Shown: positions 37,756-47,662 of the stretch, in pieces
How positions within the stretch are numbered: the stretch's first letter is position 1
How the letters are laid out: each line of letters starts with the position of its first letter
Assembly (NCBI GenBank): GCA_963422735.1
Contig: OY730476.1
Span: forward strand, 2,496,001-2,560,000
Length of the DNA stretch: 64,000 nt
DNA from: Candidatus Latescibacterota bacterium
GTDB lineage: Bacteria; Latescibacterota; UBA2968; UBA8231
Direction of reading: 5' to 3'
Notes under the pieces: model-generated
Seen by the model: the letters and a program-made list of their open reading frames with translations, nothing else
Databases searched by the model: none
Told to the model about the DNA's origin: nothing
Made by a program: the position numbers and the translations under genes

Positions 37756-38801
37756 CTGTCTAATAAATCGGCTGCCTGCACTGGAGTACTAGGCTGGCGC
37801 AGCAGACAGGCGACTTGGCGTCCGGCACCGATAGTGGTTAGTTGTGGGATGGTCGTTTCGCATTGTGCTTGGCGCTCGGCGCAGCGGGGGTGGAACGGAC
37901 AGCCAGTGGGGATCGCAGTCGGGTTGGGCGCGTCACCGTCGAGGAGGATTCTCGTCCGGCGCTTTTGGGGGTTGGGGACGGGTGCCGCCGAGAGCAAGGC
38001 TTGGGTATAGGGGTGCAAAGGGGTGTCATAGAGCGCAGCTTTGGGGGCCAATTCGACGATCTTGCCCAGATACATTACGGCGACCCGGTCGGAGATGTGG
38101 CGCACGACGCTGAGATCGTGGGCGATAAACATATAGGTCAACCCCATGTCGGCTTGGATGTCCTGTAGCAGGTTGACGATCTGGGCTTGGACCGAAACAT
38201 CGAGAGCAGAAACTGGTTCGTCGGCGACGATAAAACGCGGCTCGACAGCTAGGGCGCGGGCGATGCCGATTCGCTGGCGCTGGCCGCCGGAGAATTCGTG
38301 CGGGTATCGATGAGCAGCCACAGCGGGCAAGCCGACCATTTCCAGCAGTTGCGCGACTCGGGCACCGACCTCTTTGCCGCGTGCGAGATGATGGGTGGTG
38401 ATTCCTTGGGCAATGATCTTGTGTACTGTCAGCCGCGGGTTTAGCGAACTGTAGGGATCTTGGAAGACTACCTGCATTTGGCGGCGGATAGCGCGCATGG
38501 GCCCACCGGACAGACGGCTGATGTCGACACCGGCGAAATGCACTTGGCCAGCGGTGGGTTCGATCAAGCGCAGGATCAGACGCCCGAGGGTGGTTTTACC
38601 ACACCCGCTCTCGCCGACTACGCCGAGGGTTTCGCCCTTGTGGACGGCCAGCGACACGTCGTTGACGGCCCGCACTTGACCGGTGGGCCGGCCCCAGCGG
38701 CTTTTGCGGATGGCGAAGTGCTTGGTCAGACCGATGGTGGCCAATAGCGGGTCCGCGACTTGGAGCAAGGGCGTAGTACTGGTGGCTAAAGCTGGCAGCA
38801 T
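37752..38801 (-). CDS. oppF: Oligopeptide ABC ATPase (OppF/DppF)
   Basis: GESGCGKTT, FSGGQRQR, DEPVSALDVSVQAQ, C-terminal GCPFHPRC. Confidence 0.93.
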   Translation of the reverse strand: MLPALATSTTPLLQVADPLLATIGLTKHFAIRKSRWGRPTGQVRAVNDVSLAVHKGETLGVVGESGCGKTTLGRLILRLIEPTAGQVHFAGVDISRLSGGPMRAIRRQMQVVFQDPYSSLNPRLTVHKIIAQGITTHHLARGKEVGARVAQLLEMVGLPAVAAHRYPHEFSGGQRQRIGIARALAVEPRFIVADEPVSALDVSVQAQIVNLLQDIQADMGLTYMFIAHDLSVVRHISDRVAVMYLGKIVELAPKAALYDTPLHPYTQALLSAAPVPNPQKRRTRILLDGDAPNPTAIPTGCPFHPRCAERQAQCETTIPQLTTIGAGRQVACLLRQPSTPVQAADLLDR

Positions 38802-38992
38802 GTGTAGTAGCGGTTGGCTGTAGAAATGGATCCCAAGCGGCCCCTGCACGCGAAGCGCGAAGCTTGACCGCCCGCACACAGTGTGGCTTTATTGGGCCGG
38901 CGCAACGGTTACCGTGCGTGATCGCGGTGAATATAATAGGATGCAGCCGCGATGCAAGAATTCGCCATGGACGTCTAACTCAGGATCAACTC

Positions 38993-40222
38993 TTGTCCGA
39001 TTCAAAAAAAACTTGGCCGGCTATCAATAAAGCAGAGGCCTACTGGAGAGATATTGCCGCTGATTTTATGCAGGCACCCGACGAGTCCTATCTCAATACC
39101 GGTTCTTGGGGGGTGTTGCATCGTTCGGTTTTCGACGCCTTAGTCAAGGGGTTGAAAGAGTTGGAGAGCAATCCGACGCACAACCGCGCCCAGCAGGTTG
39201 ACCGCATGAACCAAGCGCGGCGCGATCTAGGTGCCTTTCTCAACGCTGCACACGTTGACTTGGCTTTCACGACCAATGTCACCATCGCCATCAACCAAGT
39301 CGTCCACGGCCTCGATTGGCAGCCCGGCGACGAGATTTTGGCTTCCGACCAAGAATATGGTGCCATCGACAACTGCCTGCACCACGCCGAGCGCCGTTAT
39401 GGCGTTGCGGTGCGCCGAGCGCCGATCTCTATTCCGCCCGAGGAGCCCAAGCAAATCGTGGACTCTTTCCACCGGGCGCTGACCGCGCGGACGCGGCTGT
39501 TATTGGTCAGCCATGTAACGTCGCCTTCTGGGCTCATCACCCCGATCAAAGAGTTGGCCGAGTTGGCACACGCCCACGGCGCGATGATCGCCGTTGACGG
39601 GGCGCATGCCCCTGGGCAGATCCCTTTGGACCTGACCTACTACGGCTGTGATTTCTACGGCGGTAATTGTCACAAATGGCTCTGCGCGCCCAAGGGCACG
39701 GGATTTTTGTACGCCCAGTCGCAAGTACAGGATAAGCTTCACCACATCGCCGTTAGTCATGGCTACGACAACGACGGGCCCAAGCCCAATGATGCGGGAG
39801 TGCTTTGTATCAAGGGGCAGCCTTTTATGTGGCAGCTAACGGCTATCGGTACGCGCGAGTTGTCCTGTTTCGGAGCAGTAGCCGAGGCGGTGGCCCTGCA
39901 AAACGAGATCGGTAAGGAGCGAATCGCCGACCGCGGGCGGCAGTTAGCTGGCTATTTGCGCCAGCGCATGGCCGAAACGGGCTGGGTCGAACCGCTTTCC
40001 TCGCCACACCCGGATCTCTCCAATTCGATTTCCACGTTTCGGCTCAAAGGCTTTGGCTCCGACAATCCCGGACCGATCCTCTATGATAAATACCGGATCA
40101 CGACCCCGGTTTGGGGCCAAGCCGAGCCGGGTTATACCCAGCGGGTTTCCACCCATATCTACAACAACTTTGGCGAAATCGACCGCATGGTCGCGGCGCT
40201 AGACGAGATCAGAACGGGATAG
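38993..40222 (+). CDS. Class V PLP enzyme (isopenicillin N epimerase/C-S lyase-like)
   Basis: 'YLNTGSWG', 'VDGAHAPG', 'GNCHKWLCAPKG', 'RVSTHIYN'. Confidence 0.88.
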   Translation: MSDSKKTWPAINKAEAYWRDIAADFMQAPDESYLNTGSWGVLHRSVFDALVKGLKELESNPTHNRAQQVDRMNQARRDLGAFLNAAHVDLAFTTNVTIAINQVVHGLDWQPGDEILASDQEYGAIDNCLHHAERRYGVAVRRAPISIPPEEPKQIVDSFHRALTARTRLLLVSHVTSPSGLITPIKELAELAHAHGAMIAVDGAHAPGQIPLDLTYYGCDFYGGNCHKWLCAPKGTGFLYAQSQVQDKLHHIAVSHGYDNDGPKPNDAGVLCIKGQPFMWQLTAIGTRELSCFGAVAEAVALQNEIGKERIADRGRQLAGYLRQRMAETGWVEPLSSPHPDLSNSISTFRLKGFGSDNPGPILYDKYRITTPVWGQAEPGYTQRVSTHIYNNFGEIDRMVAALDEIRTG

Positions 40223-40243
40223 ATGCCTGCGGCCAAGCAGGGA

Positions 40244-42496
40244 TTAGAGGTTCGACAAATAGGACAACTTGAGTAGCAGCACCCGATTGTCGGGCCGCGT
40301 GTTGCTCTGCGTCTGGTTGTACGCTAGGAAGAAATGGCTTTTGGGGCTGTACTCCCAGCCGAACAGGGCGCTGATCAGGTGATGGTTGTTGGTTTGTTGC
40401 TGCGGACTTAAGAGCTGTCGCCGTTCGGTCTGGGCGAAGATGCGCAGGAAGGTGTCGCGGGTAAACAGATAGGTCGTGCGCAGCGAGCCGACGGTGAAGC
40501 GGCCGTCTGCCTCGCCGCCCCGGTCGCGGGTCTGGGCCAAGGTGCCGCCGATGTCGATGGCTAAGTTGGTGAAGGGACGCAGAATGCCAAGGAGCGCGAG
40601 CTGGCGCTGTTGACCGACGGCCTGTCGCGAAAAGTTAAAGAAGTCGCCGATGAGGCCAGAGACCTCAACTGACGCTGGGCGCGAGGAGTTGGTGGCGATG
40701 AAAAACCCGAATTCGTTGGCGTCGAAAATATCGGTCAGTTCGATATTGTGGCTGCGCCCGTAGTGGACATCGAAATAGCTGACGAGCGTTTCGGTCAGTT
40801 CCATCCCCGCTTTCAGTTCGCTCTGCCAGCCGACTAAATCCTCCGCGAACTCGGGCGCAAGGGCACGTATAGGGTTGTCGTGATGCCAGTTGGCGAAATA
40901 GGCGGCGGCGTAAAGCCCCTTTGATATGCCAAGGTCCCCTTCGACGAATGCCCGGTGCCCCTTCCAGCGCGGCCCATAGCTCCCAGCCAGCACTAGCTGC
41001 TGCCAGCCGCGAAAAGGCTCTTTGCGCAGGAAACCGGTCTCGTTGGTGTCGAATCGGGGGGCGACTTGTTCTAGAACTAGTGAAGCTTCCCAGAGGAAAT
41101 TGCGCTGGCTGAGTTCGAGAGTGAGGGCCGAATGGTCTTGGTCCGGCCCGTTGCGGAAGCTCATCGCGTACTGGCCCTGGGCTTTATAGGTCTTGGCGAA
41201 GGTGATATTGGCATCGACGCCGCCGACCCGGCTGTGGGTGCCGTCGAGGTCTTTGCCGGCGTACATGACGCCGATATTCGACTGGCGTAAGATGTCTTTT
41301 TTGACGCGCAGTGCTGAGAAAAGCACCTCCTCGCTCAAGGCGGGCCCGTCGCCTAGTTCCAGCAGGCCGATGCCGCCGGTCTGGCTGCCTAAGAAACCGA
41401 GCGAGTAGTCGCCGACCTTACCGGTCATTTTGCTCCCCCAGACGATATCGCCCCGGCTGCCGATGCGCCGGCTGAAGAAGAGATCAAAAGGCGTTGAAAA
41501 AAAACTGTTGCCCTCGACGAAAAATGGGCGCTTCTCGGGAAAGCGGGTTGGAAAGCGAGTTAAGTTGATCTCGACTTGGTCAGCTTCGACCTGAGCGAAA
41601 TCGGGATTGACCGTCAGGTTGGCCTTCAGCGCTGCGGTCAGGTTGTATTGCAGGTCGAGGCCGATGGCACCTTGGCCCCCGGTGTCCTGCCCCGAGGTCT
41701 GGGACGCGCCCCCCACAGCATAGGGCGTGACCTCGAAGAGCTTGCCCGATTCGATATCGGCGAAGCCGACGGCATGGCCCAGATCCGACATCCGCGTGAA
41801 AACGCCCGCCTGGGTCATTTGTTTCCACACCGTCCATTCGTTCTTGCGTTTGTTTACGCGCTCAATGTCGAAGCCCCAGATCTGGTCTTGGCCCTTGGGA
41901 AAGCGGAAGTTGGCAAAGGGGATTTTGAATTCGGCGGTCCAACCGGCGGAGTCGATTTGCGTCTCAACCCACCATATGCCGCGCCAATTGCGGTCCGAGC
42001 TGCTGTCGTCGTAGCGGTAGCCATCAGCTTGGATGCCGCCCGGAGTGGTCGCAAAAGTGTACCCGGTGCGATGGTCGTGGTGCGGGTCAATGTAGAAGGA
42101 GATCCAGTCCGACGGGAAAATCTGGCCACGGCGGTCAAGACGGTTGACGATTTTTGTCGGTTCGGCGTCGTAGCAGCTAAACCCCACATAGAGGTTGTGG
42201 CGGTCATAAACGATATGGAATTGGGTGTCGTCGGTGGCGGGTGCGCCGCGCTGGGGTGCTAGTTGGCGCATGCCTTTTGCCGCTTGCGCCCGTTGCCAAG
42301 CCGCCTCGTCGAGGCGACCGTCAATGGTGGGTGGTGCTGCATCGCCGAGCTGGTAGGCTTGGATGACGTGTATGCCGAGATCTCCCGGATGGGCCAACAG
42401 GACAATGGGAGAAAAGGCAGTTAATAATAAGGCGATGACTGCGAGCACCGGCATTCTTTTGAGTCTTCTCAACATCTGTTGCCTCCTTATGGCCAT
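40244..42496 (-). CDS. CBM9-like + DUF5916 outer-membrane protein (start uncertain)
   Basis: 'IDGRLDEAAW', 'WTAEFKIPF', 'NPDFAQVEAD', 'FPEKRPFF.EG', 'FFSRRIG'. Confidence 0.88.
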   Translation of the reverse strand: MAIRRQQMLRRLKRMPVLAVIALLLTAFSPIVLLAHPGDLGIHVIQAYQLGDAAPPTIDGRLDEAAWQRAQAAKGMRQLAPQRGAPATDDTQFHIVYDRHNLYVGFSCYDAEPTKIVNRLDRRGQIFPSDWISFYIDPHHDHRTGYTFATTPGGIQADGYRYDDSSSDRNWRGIWWVETQIDSAGWTAEFKIPFANFRFPKGQDQIWGFDIERVNKRKNEWTVWKQMTQAGVFTRMSDLGHAVGFADIESGKLFEVTPYAVGGASQTSGQDTGGQGAIGLDLQYNLTAALKANLTVNPDFAQVEADQVEINLTRFPTRFPEKRPFFVEGNSFFSTPFDLFFSRRIGSRGDIVWGSKMTGKVGDYSLGFLGSQTGGIGLLELGDGPALSEEVLFSALRVKKDILRQSNIGVMYAGKDLDGTHSRVGGVDANITFAKTYKAQGQYAMSFRNGPDQDHSALTLELSQRNFLWEASLVLEQVAPRFDTNETGFLRKEPFRGWQQLVLAGSYGPRWKGHRAFVEGDLGISKGLYAAAYFANWHHDNPIRALAPEFAEDLVGWQSELKAGMELTETLVSYFDVHYGRSHNIELTDIFDANEFGFFIATNSSRPASVEVSGLIGDFFNFSRQAVGQQRQLALLGILRPFTNLAIDIGGTLAQTRDRGGEADGRFTVGSLRTTYLFTRDTFLRIFAQTERRQLLSPQQQTNNHHLISALFGWEYSPKSHFFLAYNQTQSNTRPDNRVLLLKLSYLSNL

Positions 42497-42557
42497 ACCT
42501 CGGCGTCGCTGAGCGTGGCAAGGGCCGCACTGTGGATAAATTCCCGATGGCTAATGG

Positions 42558-42612
42558 TCATTCGCTGTTGTCCTCGTCGCGATCATCGTCCTTGTAGGCT
42601 GATGGCAGCGAT
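42558..42612 (-). pseudogene. 3' relic of a RidA paralogue
   Basis: IAAI/AYKDDDRDEDNSE* (1-nt insertion) matches the tail IAAIAYKDTDDDE of 44836..45294. Confidence 0.55.
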
Positions 42613-42733
42613 GCTGTGCGCTCGAGGCGCACCCGATAAAAGCGGTGCTAATAAACGCAATGGGCGAGGTGCCAACAACCGACCTCCGTCCGCAGGTCAG
42701 GATCTATACTAACTAAGCGCGATGTATAGGATA

Positions 42734-42842
42734 GAAGGCGTTTGCGCCGATGCGGCTCCACGCGTTGTTTTGCGAGAATTTGCGGAGCTACTTGGCGGGA
42801 GAGGCGTTGCTGTGCGCGATCGACAAGCGCAAGGGGTATTGA
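42734..42842 (+). pseudogene. Internally deleted relic of a D-2-hydroxyacid dehydrogenase paralogue
   Basis: AFAPMRLHA|LFCENLRSYLAGEALLCAIDKRKGY* matches two separate segments of 14277..15221. Confidence 0.75.
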
Positions 42843-42878
42843 GCTAAGATAACACCGTTTCCAATCTATGTTCTCGTT

Positions 42879-43560
42879 TTATCCAGTCGGGGATAAACTG
42901 CTAAGTAAGCTATAAAACCCCGGCACGTGATTGGGATGGAGCAGATGGCATAGCTCGTGGATAACGACGTATTCAATACATTCTCTGGGTGCTTTTATAA
43001 GCTCCCGATTCAATGTTATACCGCCTTTACTGCTGAAACTGCCCCAGAGCGTTTTCATCTTGCGGATTTTAAGCAAAGGCTTGTCCATCCCTTTTTTTAA
43101 AGAGATGCCAGCATTCTTCAAATATTTGAGCAAAATAAACATCTGCCTTGCTCCGGTACCATGCTTCAAGCAGCATCGCTATATGCTCCGGCTTATCGTC
43201 AACCGCTTGTATGTGGAAGAAGCCGCGCTTTAACAAAACTGCGTCTGTTTCAGACGGCCTTGTCTTCAGCCGATACTGTTTGCCGAGATAAAGATGGCTT
43301 TCGCCACCGACCAATCTCCGCTTGGGGGTGCGCGGTGCAAACTGTGCGAAATAGCGAATCTGGCGTCTTATCCAGCGTATGCGCTTGTAAACGAAACCCT
43401 CAACAAGAGTTTCATCTGTTCCTAGTGGGGCTTTTACAACTACCGAACAGTCGGGATGAACTACGATCTCAACAGTCTTTCTTTTTGAGTAACTCAAGTG
43501 AAAGGGGATGATTTCGTCCATCTGTTCAGACGATAAATCAATGTTTTTACCACATCGCAA
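42879..43560 (-). pseudogene. M48/YgjP (DUF45) metallopeptidase, frameshifted
   Basis: ORF 43069..43560 (RKTVEIVV, GESHLYLGK) plus ORF 42879..43169 (WGS, 'YVVIHELCHL'). Confidence 0.8.
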
Positions 43561-44725
43561 AAGAAATCATCCAGCTCGTTTTTTGCGGCATTCTGCGCGT
43601 CGCTATCGTTCCAAAAGCTCACCTTCCAATTTTTTTAGTGCGTTTTTGATGGCAAGTGCTGTTTCTGCGGCAATGTCGTCAACCCGGCTTTCACCCATGT
43701 CAATTTCTGTCAAACAGAGCTTGACTGCCCCAAAATACGCGCTGGCTTCTTCGCTATCGCGGATAGAGTAGGGGACATCGTCGCGTTGTGTGTTTGCGAC
43801 CTTATCGCGGAGAGCACTCACCTTTTGCGAATAGTCAAGGTATGATATCCGCTGATTCCTGAAACCGTCCATTGCGTCTTGAATGAGCGTTGAGAACTTC
43901 TCGTAAAAAGCCGGGTCTTTGTCCATGCTTTCAGTAATTGTGCGCTTGGCCTCATGGGCGATGATATCGGCCCTTGCCGCCGTAGTCTTGGTTCGATAGA
44001 TGCCTCGCTCCTCTTCGACCATTTTGACCATAGAGAAGGTCTTATCATCAAACATATTCACGGGGTCGTTTAACCGAGTAACCTCATTGGCCTGAATATG
44101 CGTGTCCAACAATTTTTTAATCCGAGGTTCATAGTCGCGGTAATCAATGGCTTCGGCGTAGCGCGGCTTGACCGCCCGTCTCAGTTTCTGAAAGCACTTG
44201 AGATCGCTTTTGTAGCGTTTCAGTTGCTCCTCGTCGGCCTGCATAATGAACTGCTCAGCTAAGAGGGCCATGGCAAGGGTCTTGCCGTATTGCGTGAGGC
44301 GTTAGTAAAACTCACTCCGCACTGCGTCGTCAGTCAGCAGCACTTCGCAGCGTTCTTCATCGCGATCGCGGGAGTTTTTGATTGCCTTGAAGATGCCCCA
44401 AAGGTCTGAGTAGCGCTGTGGCAGCTTTGGCACTTCTTCATGTATGGAGGTCAGAAAATCCGCAAGGTCGTCTCCGTCAAAATCCGAAAGCGCGTTATAT
44501 ATGTGCAGTGCCTTGTCTAGTTCACCCAGCACATTGGCATAGTCGAACTCCTTGCCTTCATACAGGCAATCGCCTGGAGGAGCGTGTGTTCGCACAACTT
44601 GCGTTACAGGTAGAGCACGGTATTGCACGGCGCGTCAAACCCGGTGATGAGTTTGTCCACGACAATTAGAATTTCCGGCTTGTCCGAGTGCTTAAATTGA
44701 TCGATGATTTGCTTGTTATATCGAA
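43560..44725 (-). pseudogene. hsdR: Type I restriction subunit HsdR C-terminal relic
   Basis: 'ILIVVDKLITGFDAP.NTVLYL*', 'HTLLQAIA', then fragmented ORFs; adjacent to M48 gene as in typical type I R-M loci; lower GC. Confidence 0.8.
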
Positions 44726-44835
44726 CGACATATCAAAAATCCTAGCCCGGCCGCGTCGGCGACCAGCACCGGTTGTCTTCTTAGGGCCGATTGAGCGTAT
44801 TAACAGGCTCCAACTCGAACGAGGAGATACCAATT

Positions 44836-45294
44836 ATGAAAAGCTGTATCCGCGCCGCACTCGCATTCGCGCTCGCCGTCTCACCAGCCTTTGCCCAAGA
44901 GGCCGTGCCGCTCAAGACCCTGCCCTTCAGCCCGGCCCGCCAAGCCGGCGACTTTCTCTTCATCAGCGGTCAGATCGCCCGCACGGCCGACGGTGCTGAC
45001 GTCAAGGAGTCGGTCGCGGCCGAGACTCATCAGATCATGGAAAACATCGGGCAGATACTTGAAGAGCACGGATATGCGTACGACGACCTCGTCAATGTCA
45101 CCGTCTGGCTCTCGGACATTGAAGATTACCACGAGATGAACAAGGCATACGCCTCGCACTTTAAGGAGCAATTTCCGGCGCGGGCCTGCACCGGTGGGGC
45201 GCAGATCGTCTTCGATTTTCGCGTCGAGATTGCCGCCATTGCTTATAAAGACACGGATGACGATGAACACCATGACCGTGCCGACGAAGATTAG
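44836..45294 (+). CDS. RidA/YjgF family protein with N-terminal signal peptide
   Basis: MKSCIRAALAFALAVSPAFA-Q; 'PFSPA', 'ISGQI', 'MNKAY', 'FPARAC', 'VEIAAIA'. Confidence 0.88.
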   Translation: MKSCIRAALAFALAVSPAFAQEAVPLKTLPFSPARQAGDFLFISGQIARTADGADVKESVAAETHQIMENIGQILEEHGYAYDDLVNVTVWLSDIEDYHEMNKAYASHFKEQFPARACTGGAQIVFDFRVEIAAIAYKDTDDDEHHDRADED

Positions 45295-45297
45295 ACC

Positions 45298-46296
45298 ATG
45301 CCGCTGAGCCGCCGTCGCTTCATGCGCGAGACCGCGCTAGCCGCCAGCGGCCTAGCCCTCGCCGGGACGGCGCGCGCGGAAAAGGACATCCCCATGAGCA
45401 CTGCTCGCCCCCTCTTTATTTCTACTTGGCCCTTTGGCAAAGCCGCCAACGAACAATCGCTGCGGATCGCCGAACAGGGCGGCTCCATCCTCGACGCCGT
45501 CGAGCGCGGCATCCACGTCGCCGAGGCCGACGCCGCCAACGCATCCGTAGGATTAGGGGGGATCCCCAACGCCCAAGGCGTGGTGCAGCTCGACGCCTGC
45601 ATCATGGACGGCGAGGGGCAATGTGCTGGTAGCGTCGCCGCCATTGAGGGGATCCTGCACCCGATCTCGGTGGCGCGCCGGGTGATGGACGAGACCAAGC
45701 ACGTCATGCTCGTCGGCGAAGGCGCGCGGCAGTTCGCGCTAGAGCAGGGTTTTGCAAGCGTCGAGTTGCTGACGGAAGAAAGGCGCAAGGCGTGGGAGGA
45801 ATGGCGGGAAAAGCAGGGCGCGGCCGACAATCACGATACCATCGCCCTACTCGGCCTCGATGCCGAGGGACGACTCGCCGGTGGGTGCTCGACTAGCGGC
45901 TGGGGGTACAAGCTGCCGGGCCGCGTCGGCGACTCGCCGATCATTGGTAGCGGCCTGTACGTCGATGGGGGCGTGGGCGCGGCCGGAGCTACTGGTCTGG
46001 GCGAGAATGTCATGCGCTACTGCGCCACCTTCCTCGTCGTCGAATACATGCGTCAGGGGCTTCACCCGGAGGAAGCCTGCGTCGAGACCATCGGCCGCAT
46101 CGTCGCGCTCGACCCGCGTCCAGCCGAGGAATTGCACCTTAACTTCGTCGCGCTCGACAAGCAGGGCCGCTTTGGCGCGGCTGGCACCAACGAGGGCTTC
46201 CAATATGCCGTGACCTATCCCGGCTACAGCGAAGTGCTCACGGGCATTGGGGTGGGCGCGGGCGAGATCGGACCCGAGGGAGGCAATCGACGCTGA
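45298..46296 (+). CDS. N4-(beta-N-acetylglucosaminyl)-L-asparaginase (Ntn hydrolase), Tat signal
   Basis: SRRRFM; 'HD|TIALL' autocleavage site, 'STSG..YKLPGRVGDSPIIGSG', 'ATGLGE'. Confidence 0.92.
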   Translation: MPLSRRRFMRETALAASGLALAGTARAEKDIPMSTARPLFISTWPFGKAANEQSLRIAEQGGSILDAVERGIHVAEADAANASVGLGGIPNAQGVVQLDACIMDGEGQCAGSVAAIEGILHPISVARRVMDETKHVMLVGEGARQFALEQGFASVELLTEERRKAWEEWREKQGAADNHDTIALLGLDAEGRLAGGCSTSGWGYKLPGRVGDSPIIGSGLYVDGGVGAAGATGLGENVMRYCATFLVVEYMRQGLHPEEACVETIGRIVALDPRPAEELHLNFVALDKQGRFGAAGTNEGFQYAVTYPGYSEVLTGIGVGAGEIGPEGGNRR

Positions 46297-46377
46297 GGCT
46301 TAGCAGCCGTCTGCTTCACCGCGCCCCCCGTCTGCCTTTAGGCGCGACAAATTCCCGCTGGCCGCCGCGTTGGCTCG

Positions 46378-47180
46378 CTAGGAAGGAATTCCAGACGGCT
46401 GCTCATTTTCGCGCACTAGCAAATAGACGACCAAGGCTATCATATTGCCCAAGAGACCGAATAAGCCCCAAGCCGCGGCTCTTTCCCGGTTCTTTTGAGT
46501 GTCTAGGACCATCCACGCAGGGATGGAAAGCCAGAAGAGGATCAAGCTGCCGATCATAACCACGGCGACGGTTATATTTCGCACCAGTCTGATCCTTTCG
46601 AGTCTATCTATAGGATGCTCCCCAGACTTGTATAGCGTTTGCGAAGCCTCCATCGAGACCGCCACGGCGATTAAGCCATCTTTGACGCGGGTCATTTCTA
46701 CGGGCCTACGGGATGTGTATCCTCCTCTATAACCACCAATTACCGCCGGCAATAGGATGGCGGTCCGCTGTATGGGCTGAAGCAGCCCTTCGGGCACGGT
46801 CTCCAATAGTTTAGTCAGAGTACCGAGAGGAAAATCTGCGACATTGCATATTGGGGGAGTATATCGGCCGTAATATACAATGAAGCCTTGAGCATTGGTC
46901 ACCCATACCTCGCCGATGGTTTCCTCTTGGGCCACCACTTCGATTAGGGTGTTGGGTTTTCTGGTTGCCGTCGAGTGTGTCTATGAGGCCCACGATCCGC
47001 TCTAAGGCAGCTTTGGCTTCGCTCGCCCTTGTCCGCTCGTCTTCCCGCAAGTGGTGGTGCCATTCGTCGCGGTCTTCTACTGCCTCAGTTCTCCTTGGGA
47101 CCACATAGAACTCGAGAAATGCGAAGGAGGAAAGGAGAACCAGTACGCTCAGGATGGTCAGCTTAGGCAGCCATCTATGC
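46378..47180 (-). pseudogene. Fragmented membrane protein downstream of ECF sigma (possible anti-sigma)
   Basis: Broken ORFs ending in TM segment 'AAAWGLFGLLGNMIALVVYLLVR'. Confidence 0.45.
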
Positions 47181-47189
47181 AGGGCGTCT

Positions 47190-47495
47190 TTAATAGTTGT
47201 GGGGGTCGCGAGCCGATGGCAGCTCGGCCACTTTCTCGGCTGGAATGCTCATGCTTTGGCGGCGCAGCTCGTCCATACGCAGGTTGTGGGCCACGGTATA
47301 AAGCCAAGTCGAAAATTTGCCCCGAGGTTTGAAGCGGTCGGCGTTTTCCAATACGCGCATGTAGGTCTCCTGAAACACATCTTCTGCCAAGGCCGCGTCC
47401 TGCAAGAGCCGAAAGATAAAATTGAAAAGGGGCTGGCGATGGCGCGTGTAGAGTTCGTCAAACGCCTGCGCATCTCCTTGGCGGAGATTTTCCAT
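47190..47495 (-). pseudogene. ECF sigma factor, region 2 only
   Basis: 'GDAQAFDELY', 'AEDVFQETY', 'FSTWLYTVAHN..MDELRR'; region 4 absent. Confidence 0.8.
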
Positions 47496-47569
47496 CAGTT
47501 CACATCTGTCTATTTATGCGGATGGGGCCGCAGTTTCGTTCACGGTGGTGATGAACGGCCTAGTCCCGT

Positions 47570-47643
47570 CCCCAGGGCATTGCCCCTACAGGGGAAACGC
47601 GGAACCACGCATGGTGCGGCGAACTGCGTAACGTCAGTGAATA
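47570..47643. repeat. MITE end plus GTAG-type REP fragment
   Basis: 47601-47643 matches 55831-55873 at 37/43 nt; GGGCATTGCCCCTAC is REP-like. Confidence 0.65.
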
Positions 47644-47662
47644 ACTTAGGATTGCTATAGGA

